DNA of 64,000 bases from Planctomycetota bacterium (GTDB lineage Bacteria > Planctomycetota > SZUA-567 > H5-PLA8), in assembly GCA_038227875.1 (NCBI GenBank), contig JBBRPR010000008.1, forward strand, positions 128,001 to 192,000. The letters are read 5' to 3'. Below are positions 20,677-30,239 of the stretch, in pieces. Each line of letters starts with the position of its first letter. The first letter of the stretch is position 1. The notes below the pieces were generated by a model that saw only the letters and a program-made list of their open reading frames with translations, was not told the origin of the DNA and searched no databases. A program made the position numbers and the translations under genes.

Positions 20677-20678
20677 CC

Positions 20679-21197
20679 ATGGCCATCTCATCCGCATTGC
20701 GCGCCGCCTATGATCGCGCCTTGACGCAAAGCAATGCGAATCTTGCGCTGGCTGCCGACGACGCGCTGCTGACGAAGAAAGTCGACCGCATTTCGCACTG
20801 GACCGTCGCGCAGCATCTGGAGCACATCGCGCTGGTGAATCTGGGCATCATCACGCGCGTTCACGAAGCCCTTAAGACCACGCCGGAGAATTCCAGCGGC
20901 CGCGTCTCGTTGCTGGGTTGCGTGGTGTTGTGGACGGGCACGATTCCGCGCGGCCGCGGCAAGGCGCCGGTGCCGACGATGCCGCAACTCACATCCTTCG
21001 AAGACGTTCGCAAGAAACTGACCGCCGCGCGGGAAACCCTGGTCGCGCTGGAAGCTCAGTTGCCGGAAGTTCAAACCGCGCGAGGCCGGAGTCCTCACCC
21101 GGCCCTGGGCATGTTCACCGCCGCGCATTGGGTGCGCTTCATTCCGATTCACACGCATCATCACGATAAAATCGTTCACGAAATCCGCCACGCATGA
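20679..21197 (+). CDS. DinB-family protein
   Basis: WTVAQHLEH, HPALG and HTHHH motifs. Confidence 0.8.
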   Translation: MAISSALRAAYDRALTQSNANLALAADDALLTKKVDRISHWTVAQHLEHIALVNLGIITRVHEALKTTPENSSGRVSLLGCVVLWTGTIPRGRGKAPVPTMPQLTSFEDVRKKLTAARETLVALEAQLPEVQTARGRSPHPALGMFTAAHWVRFIPIHTHHHDKIVHEIRHA

Positions 21198-21613
21198 GCA
21201 CCCCCGCGCCAACACCCCAACCTGCGATGCGCGCTCGAGCCGGAGAGGGCGGGGGCTTGCCCAAGGGGCTCTCGCTCTTCCGCTTCATTCTCTTCAGTTC
21301 GCTGATGCTCGGCGCCGTCTATGGCGGAGTGTCGCTCCATTTCAACACGCCGCCGGCGATCGGCGATACCCCGCCGGGGGGCGTATCGTCGGCCGAGTGG
21401 CAGCCCAATCCCGTCTGGCTGCCGGCGTATGTCGCCTTGAAGACAAATTTGGGGGTGTCGCACACCGTCGCCGGCTATCTATATTCCAGCCGCCTGGGGT
21501 ATGCGCTCCACGCCACGGCGACTCTGGTTCTGGGCATCGCGATGCTGGGGTTGATCGGTTGGTTTGGCGGCGAAGCCGTGCGCAAATGGGCGGTGCGAAA
21601 ACGCTACGAATAG
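21194..21613 (+). CDS. Hypothetical membrane protein (2 TM)
   Basis: ATGA overlap with the DinB gene; two hydrophobic segments. Confidence 0.6.
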   Translation: MSTPAPTPQPAMRARAGEGGGLPKGLSLFRFILFSSLMLGAVYGGVSLHFNTPPAIGDTPPGGVSSAEWQPNPVWLPAYVALKTNLGVSHTVAGYLYSSRLGYALHATATLVLGIAMLGLIGWFGGEAVRKWAVRKRYE

Positions 21614-21621
21614 GCTTGGGT

Positions 21622-21653
21622 GGAACCCTGGTTCAAATTTGAACAAGGGTTCC
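21622..21653. promoter_or_regulatory. 32-bp near-perfect palindrome (terminator-like hairpin or operator)
   Basis: GGAACCCT-G-GTTCAAA|TTTGAAC-A-AGGGTTCC, one mismatch, 8 nt after the stop at 21613. Confidence 0.55.
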
Positions 21654-21993
21654 CAGAATCGATAGGAGTCTCGCGGTTCAGCATCGGACTCATGGTAGCA
21701 GTGCTGAAATTGAGTCAGAACGATGTAAAGGAGACTTGGAAGCGACCGATCTAACAGGTAGGGGACAAAATACGCTTGCGTAGAATCACGTTAAGCGTTT
21801 CTAATGAGGCACTTGTGCTCCATATTCAAAAATCAAATAGGTCTAACTGATTTTTTTTATGGAAATGAATACCCATTAAGGTAGCATGAACCTTAGAATG
21901 TAAGGCCACGGGTGCCGTTTTGGGGTCCGCAACCCCTGGTCTGGCCTTAAAAAGATAGGCAAGGCAACCTCATCCAACAGGGGGACACGAGCA

Positions 21994-23853
21994 ATGAGTA
22001 GTACTTTGGCCGCGCAGCCCGCTTCCGCCAAGTCGAAGCCGGCTGGGCAGCCGATCATCAATGACTTCTCCATTCAAGTCGCAACGATGAATGGGTCCGG
22101 CAGCCAGTCTTCCAACAGTGTCCTGATGCGTGCCATCTTTCAGATGGGTATCCCCGTCAGCGGCAAAAATCTGTTCCCATCCAACATCCAGGGTCTTCCG
22201 ACGTGGTTTACCATCCGCGCCAACAAAGACGGCTACATCGGCCGTAAAAAAGAGATCGACATCCTCGTCTGCATGAATCCCGAGACCGCCGTTGACGACG
22301 TCAAGGCGCTGGATCCCGGATCCGTGTGCGTCTATGACGCTCCGTTGCGCCTCAATAAGATTCGCAGCGATGTGGAATTCTACGAAGTTCCCTTCGCCAA
22401 GCTCGCTGCCTCGGTGCCGGACGTCGACCCCAAGATTCGCAAGCTACTGGCCAACATGTGCTACGTCGGCGTGCTTGCGCAGCTGCTCGATATCGAGTTC
22501 CCCGAAATCGAAAAGGCGCTGGCCAAGCAGTTCAAGGGCAAGGCCAAGGCTGTCGGCGTGAACGTGCTCGCGGCGAAAGCCGGCGTGGAGTACGCCCGCG
22601 AAAGCCTGCCGAAGCTCGACCGCTTCAAGCTCCGCCGCATGGACAAAACGGCTGGCAAGATCATCATCGAAGGCAACGCCGCGGCGGCCATCGGCTGTCT
22701 GCTCGGCGGTTGTACGGTGGTGGCCTGGTACCCGATCACGCCGTCTTCCAGCCTGCCGGAAAGCTTCATTCCGCTCGCCCGCAAGTACCGCATGGACCCT
22801 GTCACCGGCAAGGCCACCTACGCGATCGTTCAGGCCGAAGACGAACTGGCCAGCTTAGGCATGGTTCTCGGCGCCGGCTGGGCCGGAGCACGCGCGATGA
22901 CATCGACGTCCGGGCCGGGCATCAGCCTGATGTCGGAATTCGCCGGACTGGCGTACTACGCGGAAATCCCGGCGGTGATCTTCGACGTTCAGCGCGTCGG
23001 ACCGTCGACGGGACTGCCGACCCGCACCATGCAGGGCGACCTGCTCAGCACTGCGTTCTTGAGCCACGGCGACTCCAAGCAGATCATGATGCTGCCGGGC
23101 ACCGTTCAGGAATGCTGCGAGTTCGCGACCGAATCGTTCAACATCGCCGAACAGTTCCAGGCGCCGGTTTTCGTGCTGCTGGACCTGGACCTGGGCATGA
23201 ACAACTGGATGGCCGATCCGTTCCCGTATCCGACCACGCCGATCAACCGCGGCAAGGTCCTCAACGCCGCCGACCTCGAGAAGCTCAAAGCGGCCGGCAA
23301 GACGTTCGAACGTTATCGCGACGTGGACGGCGACGGCATTCCGTACCGCACGCTGCCGGGCACCGAACATCCGATGGCGGCGTACTTCACGCGCGGCAGC
23401 GGACACAACGAGAAGGCGCTCTACAGCGAAAAGCCGCACGATTACGTCAACAACATCGACCGCCTCGCGCGGAAGTACGAGACGGCCAAGAAGGCGCTGC
23501 CTCAGCCCGTGGTCACCGGCGATTCCTCCACGGAAATCGGCGTGATCACCTGCGGCACCACCGACTGCCCGATGAAGGAAGCGACCGATCAGCTCGAAGC
23601 GCAGGGCGTGAAGATCGAATACATGCGCATCCGGGCGTTCCCCTTCGCGGATTCGATTCAGAAGTTCATCGACCGCAAGAAACGCATCTATGTCATCGAA
23701 CAGAACCGCGATGGCCAGTTGCTTGGCCTGTTGAAGCTGGAGATGGCTCCGGAATCGATCGTGAAGCTGCGCAGCATCCGCCACTACGACGGCATGCCGA
23801 TCGACGCGCGGACGATCAGTGACGCGGTCCTGAAGCAGGAAAACAAACGCTAA
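21994..23853 (+). CDS. korA: 2-oxoacid:ferredoxin oxidoreductase alpha subunit (gamma-alpha fusion)
   Basis: NGSGSQS, YPITPSS, QAEDELAS, TSGPGISLM and QRVGPSTGLPT motifs. Confidence 0.92.
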   Translation: MSSTLAAQPASAKSKPAGQPIINDFSIQVATMNGSGSQSSNSVLMRAIFQMGIPVSGKNLFPSNIQGLPTWFTIRANKDGYIGRKKEIDILVCMNPETAVDDVKALDPGSVCVYDAPLRLNKIRSDVEFYEVPFAKLAASVPDVDPKIRKLLANMCYVGVLAQLLDIEFPEIEKALAKQFKGKAKAVGVNVLAAKAGVEYARESLPKLDRFKLRRMDKTAGKIIIEGNAAAAIGCLLGGCTVVAWYPITPSSSLPESFIPLARKYRMDPVTGKATYAIVQAEDELASLGMVLGAGWAGARAMTSTSGPGISLMSEFAGLAYYAEIPAVIFDVQRVGPSTGLPTRTMQGDLLSTAFLSHGDSKQIMMLPGTVQECCEFATESFNIAEQFQAPVFVLLDLDLGMNNWMADPFPYPTTPINRGKVLNAADLEKLKAAGKTFERYRDVDGDGIPYRTLPGTEHPMAAYFTRGSGHNEKALYSEKPHDYVNNIDRLARKYETAKKALPQPVVTGDSSTEIGVITCGTTDCPMKEATDQLEAQGVKIEYMRIRAFPFADSIQKFIDRKKRIYVIEQNRDGQLLGLLKLEMAPESIVKLRSIRHYDGMPIDARTISDAVLKQENKR

Positions 23854-23927
23854 GAGAGCTGAATTTACTGCCGCAGGCGTTGCGCCTGCCTCAACCTTGA
23901 CGCTTGAAGAAAAGATGGAGTCTTAAA

Positions 23928-24992
23928 ATGCCCGACACAGCAACACCTCCCAAACCGCCGCCGGCGCCGGCACCGAAGACCAATAAGATCGGTCTGTCGG
24001 TCGACGCTTACAAGGGCGCGGAATCCACACTTTGTTCCGGTTGCGGACACGATTCGATCACGTCGCAGATCATCAAGTCGTGCTACGAGACCGGCATTTC
24101 GCCCTACCAGGTCGCGAAGCTCTCCGGCATCGGCTGCTCGTCCAAGACGCCGGCGTACTTCCTCAGTCTCGCGCACGGCTTCAACGCGGTGCACGGCCGC
24201 ATGCCGTCGGTCGCCACCGGCGCCAAGCTGGCCAATCGCAGCCTGCACGTCATCGGCGTCTCCGGCGACGGCGACACGGCCTCGATCGGCATGGGCCAGT
24301 TCGTCCATCTCGTCCGCCGCAATACCGACTGCGTGTACATCATCGAAAACAATGGCGTCTACGGCCTGACCAAGGGCCAGTTCTCCGCGACGGCCGACAT
24401 GGGCTCCGCGCAGAAAAAGGGCGACATTAACGAAATGATCCCGATCGATTGCTGTGGTCTGGCGATCGAACTGGGCTGCACGTTCGTGGCACGCTCGTTC
24501 TCGGCCGACATGAAGCAGCTCAACGCGCTTCTGAAGATCGCGCTGCATCACAAGGGTACCGCGGTGCTGGACGTCGTCTCACCCTGCGTCACGTTCAACA
24601 ATCACGAAGGTTCGACGAAGTCGTACAAGTACGCCAAGGACCATGAAATGGCGCTGCACGACATCGATTTCATCGAACAGTATGAACCGCAGGCGCCCGT
24701 CGACATTCCCGCCGGCGAATTGCGCGAAATCACGATGTACGATGGTTCCAAGGTGCGCCTGAAGAAGCTGGGTGACGATTACGATCCGACCGATCGCAAT
24801 AACGCTATCCAGACGCTGGAAAAGTCGCGCCGCGAAAGCCTGTTCCTCACCGGGTTGCTCTACCTCGACAAAACCCGCCGCCCGTTCGTGGAACAGTGCA
24901 ATCTGATCGACGAACCCCTGGCCACGCTCTCCGCCGACCGCGTCCGCCCGCCAAAGAAGGTGCTGGAAGAGATCATGGCGTCGCTGATGTAA
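23928..24992 (+). CDS. korB: 2-oxoacid:ferredoxin oxidoreductase beta subunit
   Basis: GGAG RBS before ATG 23928; LCSGCGH, SGIGCS, TPP-binding SGDGD...NNGVYGLTKGQ, SPCVTFN. Confidence 0.92.
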   Translation: MPDTATPPKPPPAPAPKTNKIGLSVDAYKGAESTLCSGCGHDSITSQIIKSCYETGISPYQVAKLSGIGCSSKTPAYFLSLAHGFNAVHGRMPSVATGAKLANRSLHVIGVSGDGDTASIGMGQFVHLVRRNTDCVYIIENNGVYGLTKGQFSATADMGSAQKKGDINEMIPIDCCGLAIELGCTFVARSFSADMKQLNALLKIALHHKGTAVLDVVSPCVTFNNHEGSTKSYKYAKDHEMALHDIDFIEQYEPQAPVDIPAGELREITMYDGSKVRLKKLGDDYDPTDRNNAIQTLEKSRRESLFLTGLLYLDKTRRPFVEQCNLIDEPLATLSADRVRPPKKVLEEIMASLM

Positions 24993-24994
24993 TG

Positions 24995-25025
24995 GAATGT
25001 CGAAGTGCGAATGTCGAATATCGAA
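24995..25025 (+). repeat. Heptamer tandem repeat (GAATGTC x4, degenerate)
   Basis: gaatgtc gaagtgc gaatgtc gaatatc gaa directly after the korB stop. Confidence 0.7.
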
Positions 25026-25057
25026 AGACTCCCCGCGAAAGCGGGGAGTTTTCTTTT
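25026..25057 (+). terminator. Intrinsic terminator of korAB
   Basis: ACTCCCCGC-GAAA-GCGGGGAGT followed by TTTCTTTT. Confidence 0.85.
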
Positions 25058-25059
25058 AC

Positions 25060-25284
25060 TCTGGTGCCATGGATGTGCGGCGGCTTGAGCGTAGCGAAAG
25101 CGGCCGCTCATCCGTGCGGTAAGCATGGACTTCGCGGAGCGTGACGCACGGATGAGCATATTTCTTCGCTACGCTTAGAAATCTGCACATTACCGTGCGG
25201 TATGCATGGGCTACGCCGCGCGTCTCGCACGGATGAACGTATTTCTTCGCTACGCTCAGAAATCCGCGCATCCGTGGCACCAGA
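25060..25284. repeat. REP/MITE-like composite palindromic element with terminal inverted repeats and two 81-bp internal direct repeats
   Basis: TCTGGTGCCATGGATGTGCGG (25060) is the reverse complement of CCGCGCATCCGTGGCACCAGA (ends 25284) with 2 mismatches; CCGTGCGGTA.GCATGG units start at 25112 and 25193. Confidence 0.8.
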
Positions 25285-25331
25285 TCAACGCGCCTCTTTC
25301 GCAAGGCAGCTTCATGGGGTATCATAACTAC

Positions 25332-25589
25332 ATGGAACCGCGCCTGATCTACATCTGCGAAATCTGTCAGACGGTGCTTGAAGAACACCACTGCAAAGCG
25401 CAGTGCCCGAACTGTGGGCGCATGTTCGATTGCAGCGACCTCCCGCTGATCCCAGCCAACGGCGCGATTGATGACGGCGAATATGTGGCTCGTCCAGGTG
25501 CGCTGCCGCCCCAGTCCTTTCCCGAAACAAAATCCGGACAGAAACAAACGCCTGGCGCGGACGAGGCCAAGGTTGCGGATCTTCCCTGA
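25332..25589 (+). CDS. Small CPxCG-type zinc-finger protein (HVO_2523-like)
   Basis: CEIC...HCKAQCPNCGRMFDCSD; ATG 25332 lies 6 nt after TATCAT; the longer ORF-track start runs into the repeat element. Confidence 0.7.
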   Translation: MEPRLIYICEICQTVLEEHHCKAQCPNCGRMFDCSDLPLIPANGAIDDGEYVARPGALPPQSFPETKSGQKQTPGADEAKVADLP

Positions 25590-25644
25590 ACGCGGTAAAA
25601 TGAAGCGCGTTGTACGGGACTGCAAATTTCAAGGAGACTCAAAC

Positions 25645-26809
25645 GTGTCATTCAACTATTCGGACTGCAAGCAGGAACTCGCATCTGCCAACGAACGCAT
25701 CACCCAGCTGCGGGGGTCGCTTTGACGTCCCGGGACGCCAGCGCCGGCAGCGTGAAATTGAAAGCCAGATGGAAGGCCAGGGGTTCTGGGACGACAACGT
25801 CCGTGCTCAAGCCCTGATCGGCGAACTCAAGAACATCAAGAACATCCTCGGCGACTTCCCCACCTACGAACAGCAGGTCAAGGATCTCCAGGAACTGCTC
25901 GAACTGGCGGAAGCCGAAAAAGACGAAGGCACCGCCGAGCAGGTCCGCGCCGAAATCGTCAAGATCAACACCGAATTGAAGAGCTTCGAAATCAAGTCGC
26001 AGCTCACGGGCAAGAACGACCACCGCAACGCGTTCATCCGCTTCCAGGCCGGGGCGGGGGGCACGGAGAGCCGCGACTGGGCCGACATGCTGATGCGCAT
26101 GTATGTGCGTTGGGGCGAACGGCGCGGCTTCAAGGTTCACTTCTTCGACGTCGATTTCAATGAGGAAGCGGGCATCAAGTCCGCCGAATTGAAGATCGAA
26201 GGCCCGTTTGCTTACGGCTTCCTGAAGGGCGAAGCCGGCGTCCACCGTCTCGTCCGCATCTCCCCGTTCAACGCCGACGCCAAGCGCCAGACCAGCTTCG
26301 CGCGCGTGGAAGTCACGCCGGAATTCGAGCCTGGCGATTCGGAGATCGTCATCCCCGACAGCGACATCGAACGCGCGACCTGCCGCTCCGGCGGCGCGGG
26401 CGGCCAGCATGTGAACAAGACCGAATCGGTCGTGATCCTCAAGCACATCCCGACCGGCATCGTCGTGCGCTGCCAGATCGAACGCAGCCAGACACGCAAC
26501 GGCATCCTGGCGCTGGAACTGTTGAAAGCGAAACTCGCGCGCAAGAAGGAACTGGAACTCCAGGCCGAATCGAAGCTGACCTACGACAACAAGGACGACA
26601 TCGCCTTCGGCAGCCAGATCCGCTCGTACGTGCTCCAGCCCTACACGATGGTCAACGACCACCGCACCGAGCTGAAAGAGACCAACGCCGCCCGCGTGCT
26701 CGACGGCGATCTCGATCCGTTCATGGAAGCATTCTTGCGCTGGAAGATGGTCGAAGACCGCAAAGCCAGCGGCGCCCCCGGCGCTCCGCGCGCCGCTAAA
26801 GCGTCGTAA
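25645..26809 (+). CDS. prfB: Peptide chain release factor 2, translated via +1 programmed frameshift
   Basis: AAGGAG RBS, GTG 25645, 26 codons to CTT TGA C (25720-25726), then +1 frame DVPGRQ...; SPF and GGQ motifs, FGSQIRSYV. Confidence 0.95.
25711..25726 (+). promoter_or_regulatory. prfB +1 ribosomal frameshift cassette
   Basis: CGGGGG-TCG-CTT-TGA-C: internal SD-like element 3 nt before the slippery CTT TGA C. Confidence 0.93.
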
Positions 26810-26839
26810 TTTTTCCTCGAACAGTGGCGCCCTTAGGCG

Positions 26840-27463
26840 CTACTGTTTCTCGACTTCCGGCGCATCATGCGCGCTGAAGTCCATGCCGGCCGGGGGAGGA
26901 AAGAGACTCCTGCGCCCGAGGATCTGGATCTTATCCCAGTAAGCTTTGAACATCGGGTTGGGCTTCTTGTCGGGACCGTATTTTTTCATCCAGTCGTAAA
27001 GCAGCGCGTAGTACTGCCAGCATTTCAGACCGGTGTATTGCGCTGAGTTGAGGACTTCGTAAAGTTCCATGTAATTGTAGTAGGCTTCCGGCGCGCGGGG
27101 ATGAGCCGGCCCCCAGCCGGTCTTCCCGTCTTCACTGCAGAGCCCGTTTAGTTTGCGGTTGTCGAAGACGGTCTTGCCTTTGGCGTCAGGCTGGATTCCC
27201 AGAAAACTCTTATACATTTCCATCGCGTTTTTGGAATCGCCGCAGACATAGCCGCGGAAATACGCCAACTGCAGGTAGCGGTCTGCCCACGGGCTGTCGC
27301 GTCGTTCGGCCTCGGGAGTCTCTTTGTACTTTTCAATGACCTTGTCGCACATCCACTGCTGGCCGCCATCGGACATCAGCACTACCATCAACGCCAGCAT
27401 CGCGCCGATGAACAGTACAATGAGCTTCCATTTCCAACTCAGTCTTCGAAGCCAACCAATCAT
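26840..27463 (-). CDS. Hypothetical single-pass membrane protein
   Basis: N-terminal TM LIVLFIGAMLALMVVLM; coherent codon usage; fills the gap convergent to prfB. Confidence 0.7.
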   Translation of the reverse strand: MIGWLRRLSWKWKLIVLFIGAMLALMVVLMSDGGQQWMCDKVIEKYKETPEAERRDSPWADRYLQLAYFRGYVCGDSKNAMEMYKSFLGIQPDAKGKTVFDNRKLNGLCSEDGKTGWGPAHPRAPEAYYNYMELYEVLNSAQYTGLKCWQYYALLYDWMKKYGPDKKPNPMFKAYWDKIQILGRRSLFPPPAGMDFSAHDAPEVEKQ

Positions 27464-27677
27464 GACGGCCTTTCTCCGCGCAACCTCAGCGGATGGACTT
27501 TCACGGCACGACCTCGATAACCAGCGGGATTATCTCCCGTAATGGAACAGTTTGGCAAATGAAAGTCCAACAATTTTGCGCCAGATGCATTTATTTTAAC
27601 GTGTTGATAGAGTGTTACTTCTGACATTAGATTCGGGCCGAGCTCACAGTGTGCTCAATCCTGTCACCACACAGGTG

Positions 27678-28685
27678 TCATTTTTTGTCAAAGCTGCTCA
27701 ACAACGGCAGCGTCCGGGAGTTGTCGGCGGATTCCTGGGCCCGGAGCGCGATTTCGGTGGTACGAAAGCCGTCATAGAGACTGATCGGCAGCGCAGACTT
27801 CGCCTGGATCGCTCGAATAAAATCGACGAACAGATCCCCCGGTGCCTCCAGTGGCAGCGGCGCAGAGGCCTTGGCCGTGATCAGCGTCGCCGTTCCGTCG
27901 GCCACGCGCGCCTCGACGACGCCCAGCTCTCCGGCGACGCGCACGCGGTCGTCGCCGTGCGTTGGCGCCGCATCGGGACGCAGATAGTCAAACGTCATCA
28001 CCGCCGAACCGCCAGATTTCAGTGTGAAGAGAAACGACCCGTGCGTCGCGCAACCGGGAAAGTCAGCGCGCCCCGCGCATACGCTGCCGTGAACATTCGT
28101 GAACACGTCGCCAATCATCCAGTACAGCCAGTCGATGGCATGAATGCCGACGAACGGCGCGATCCCCGGAAACGTGGCGCGCGTGCGAAAATAATCCGGC
28201 CGCGCATTTCCCCAGCGGTAGCTTTTCTGGCTGAACGCCACGTGCGGCGTCCCAATCGCGCCGGATGCAATCGCCGCACGCACCGCCATGAACTTCGGCA
28301 CACCGCGCATCATATGCATCGGCACGATTGGCGTGCCCGTGCGCCGCGCGACGGCGTAGAGCTGCTCCAACGCCGGAAGCGTCATTGCCAGCGGCTTCTC
28401 GCAGAAAACCGCGACGCCGCGTTCCAGGCATAGGGCGCTGAGCTCCGCCAGCCGGTCCGGCCGTGCGCAGATCTGCACCACATCAGGCCGGCAGCGCTCG
28501 AGTAATTCCAGCGCCGTCTCGAAGCGCGGCGTGGTCGCCGTAACTCCCGGCGCCGCATCAAAAGGCGCCAGCGCTTCGTCCGGCCCCGTGCGGCAGACCG
28601 CGCAGACTTCCGCGCCAGCAATAACTTTCAGCGTCCCGGCGTAGCTGTGCCAGTGACCTGTGTTCCCAAGCAATCCAATTTTCAT
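27678..28685 (-). CDS. Gfo/Idh/MocA family oxidoreductase
   Basis: MKIGLLG Rossmann start, VFCEKPLA, GIHAIDW. Confidence 0.88.
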   Translation of the reverse strand: MKIGLLGNTGHWHSYAGTLKVIAGAEVCAVCRTGPDEALAPFDAAPGVTATTPRFETALELLERCRPDVVQICARPDRLAELSALCLERGVAVFCEKPLAMTLPALEQLYAVARRTGTPIVPMHMMRGVPKFMAVRAAIASGAIGTPHVAFSQKSYRWGNARPDYFRTRATFPGIAPFVGIHAIDWLYWMIGDVFTNVHGSVCAGRADFPGCATHGSFLFTLKSGGSAVMTFDYLRPDAAPTHGDDRVRVAGELGVVEARVADGTATLITAKASAPLPLEAPGDLFVDFIRAIQAKSALPISLYDGFRTTEIALRAQESADNSRTLPLLSSFDKK

Positions 28686-28745
28686 GACGTGATTTTAATT
28701 CGGTCAGGCGAATCCCACCACCGCGAAACGGACCGGTATGCTTCG

Positions 28746-28779
28746 CCAATCCGCAATCCGCAATCCGAAATGCAGTTCA
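28746..28779 (-). repeat. Heptamer tandem repeat (CGGATTG family), single arm starting at a TGA stop
   Basis: Minus strand TGAACTGCATTTCGGATTGCGGATTGCGGATTG; near-identical to 44032 onward. Confidence 0.8.
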
Positions 28780-30003
28780 GCGCGTGGTTGTGATCGGGTC
28801 GCTTTCCGTCGGCTTCGGCGCGGCGCCGGGCTCGGGGATCTTCGGTGAATCGCTGCTGACCTGGATCCAATCCGGGCGCGTGCGTGTCACTTCCCACCAG
28901 CTCTTCCATTCGTCGACGCTGGGCTGCTTCTCGCCGGTCAGCACCTGCAGCGTTTCGTCCGCGGCGCGCTTGATCTTCGGCGCGTCGTTCTCCAGTTGTT
29001 CGAGCAGAAATTCGACGCTCGTCGCCGACTTGAACGAGGCCAGATGCTTTATGATCTCTTCGCGTCCCTGATGGTAGCGCTGGAACGCCTTGATGATGTA
29101 ATTGGGCGTCTGCTTTTCGCCGATCAACGCCAGCGAGTTGGCCGCAGAGTCGCGCAGCTTCTCGTCGTGTTCGTCGAGCACCGCTTCCAGCAGCGAGGCG
29201 CGAGCGTCCTTGGAATTCGCGCGCAACTGCCCCAGCGCGAACGCCGCGCAGACGCGCGTGTCGGAATCGTAGGCGTACTTCAAGGTGCGGACCAGAGCGT
29301 CAGCGGCTTTCGGATCGCCCAGGTAACCCAGCGCCATGCAGACACCGTCGAGCTTGTCGTCGCGGTTGGCCAGGCGGGTGACCAGGTCGTCGCAGGTGTT
29401 CGCGCCGGCCAGCTTCGCCACGCACTTGGCCGCTTCCATGCGCACCGGCTTGGAACGGTCGTTGAGCATCAAAATCGCCTGCTTCACCACATTGTCGCTC
29501 TTGTCGCCAATCTGGCCCAGCGCATCAAGCATGCCGCCGCGCTTGCGTTCACTTTCCTGTTCAATCTGATCGAGAATGTGCGGGACGATCGGCTTGCCTT
29601 CCGTGCGCAGAATGCGCATCATCCGGCCGTACTCATCGGGGTCGGCGTTTTCGAAGACGTTCATCGCACGTGCGACCAGTTCGATCCGGCGGCGCTTGTC
29701 ACCATCAGCGGCAGCAATCACCGCCTGCTGCAGCACCTTGATGTCCTCGGCCTTCCACGTGCCCTTCTCGGCGGCCTTCTTGATGTCCACGAGCGCATCG
29801 AGCGACGCATCGAAATGGCACTGCGAAGTTTTCATCTTCTGCGCGATGACTTCCGGCGCGATGCCCTGCTCCAGGGCGCGATTGAGCTTCTCGTTGTCGA
29901 GTAGCTCGCCGCCACGGGCGCGCGGCGCCAGCGACGCAAAACACGCAACCACGATCACGGCGCACACGGCTCCGGTGCGGGCATTTCGAACGGTCAATTC
30001 CAC
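28777..30003 (-). CDS. Secreted HEAT-repeat protein
   Basis: AAGGAG RBS, GTG start, signal peptide, repeats such as VRMEAAKCV and TRVCAAFALGQL, terminal LTGE...WKSWW. Confidence 0.8.
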   Translation of the reverse strand: MELTVRNARTGAVCAVIVVACFASLAPRARGGELLDNEKLNRALEQGIAPEVIAQKMKTSQCHFDASLDALVDIKKAAEKGTWKAEDIKVLQQAVIAAADGDKRRRIELVARAMNVFENADPDEYGRMMRILRTEGKPIVPHILDQIEQESERKRGGMLDALGQIGDKSDNVVKQAILMLNDRSKPVRMEAAKCVAKLAGANTCDDLVTRLANRDDKLDGVCMALGYLGDPKAADALVRTLKYAYDSDTRVCAAFALGQLRANSKDARASLLEAVLDEHDEKLRDSAANSLALIGEKQTPNYIIKAFQRYHQGREEIIKHLASFKSATSVEFLLEQLENDAPKIKRAADETLQVLTGEKQPSVDEWKSWWEVTRTRPDWIQVSSDSPKIPEPGAAPKPTESDPITTTR

Positions 30004-30239
30004 AGAAAGTCTCCTTAGCCCAACACAGCAACCCGGCCTCTATCTACGAGGTCCCGTAACCTCAACTCAAATGCCTGTCATCCAACGATGATAGGTAGAC
30101 GATTGGGTGCCGAATGAGCAACATTAAATTTCGCCGATTTTCCCATCAATTGCAATTTAATTCACGTCTTAATCGACCCTTTCGCTATGCACATAACAAC
30201 ATAACAGGTATTTGACCCGTTAACGGCGAAGGCCGAACA

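Noticed and set aside
21677..21716. Possible pseudoknot (TTCAGCA/TGCTGAA with GACTCA/TGAGTC)
   Set aside because: Short stems, non-canonical loop lengths, no other support
25112..25273. Direct repeats as a mini-CRISPR array
   Set aside because: Only two 81-bp units that are similar along their whole length (no unique spacers) and no cas genes; better explained as REP/MITE-like
25610..25725. ORF-track start of RF2 at 25610, or prfB as a pseudogene
   Set aside because: True start is GTG 25645 with an RBS; the break is the canonical programmed frameshift
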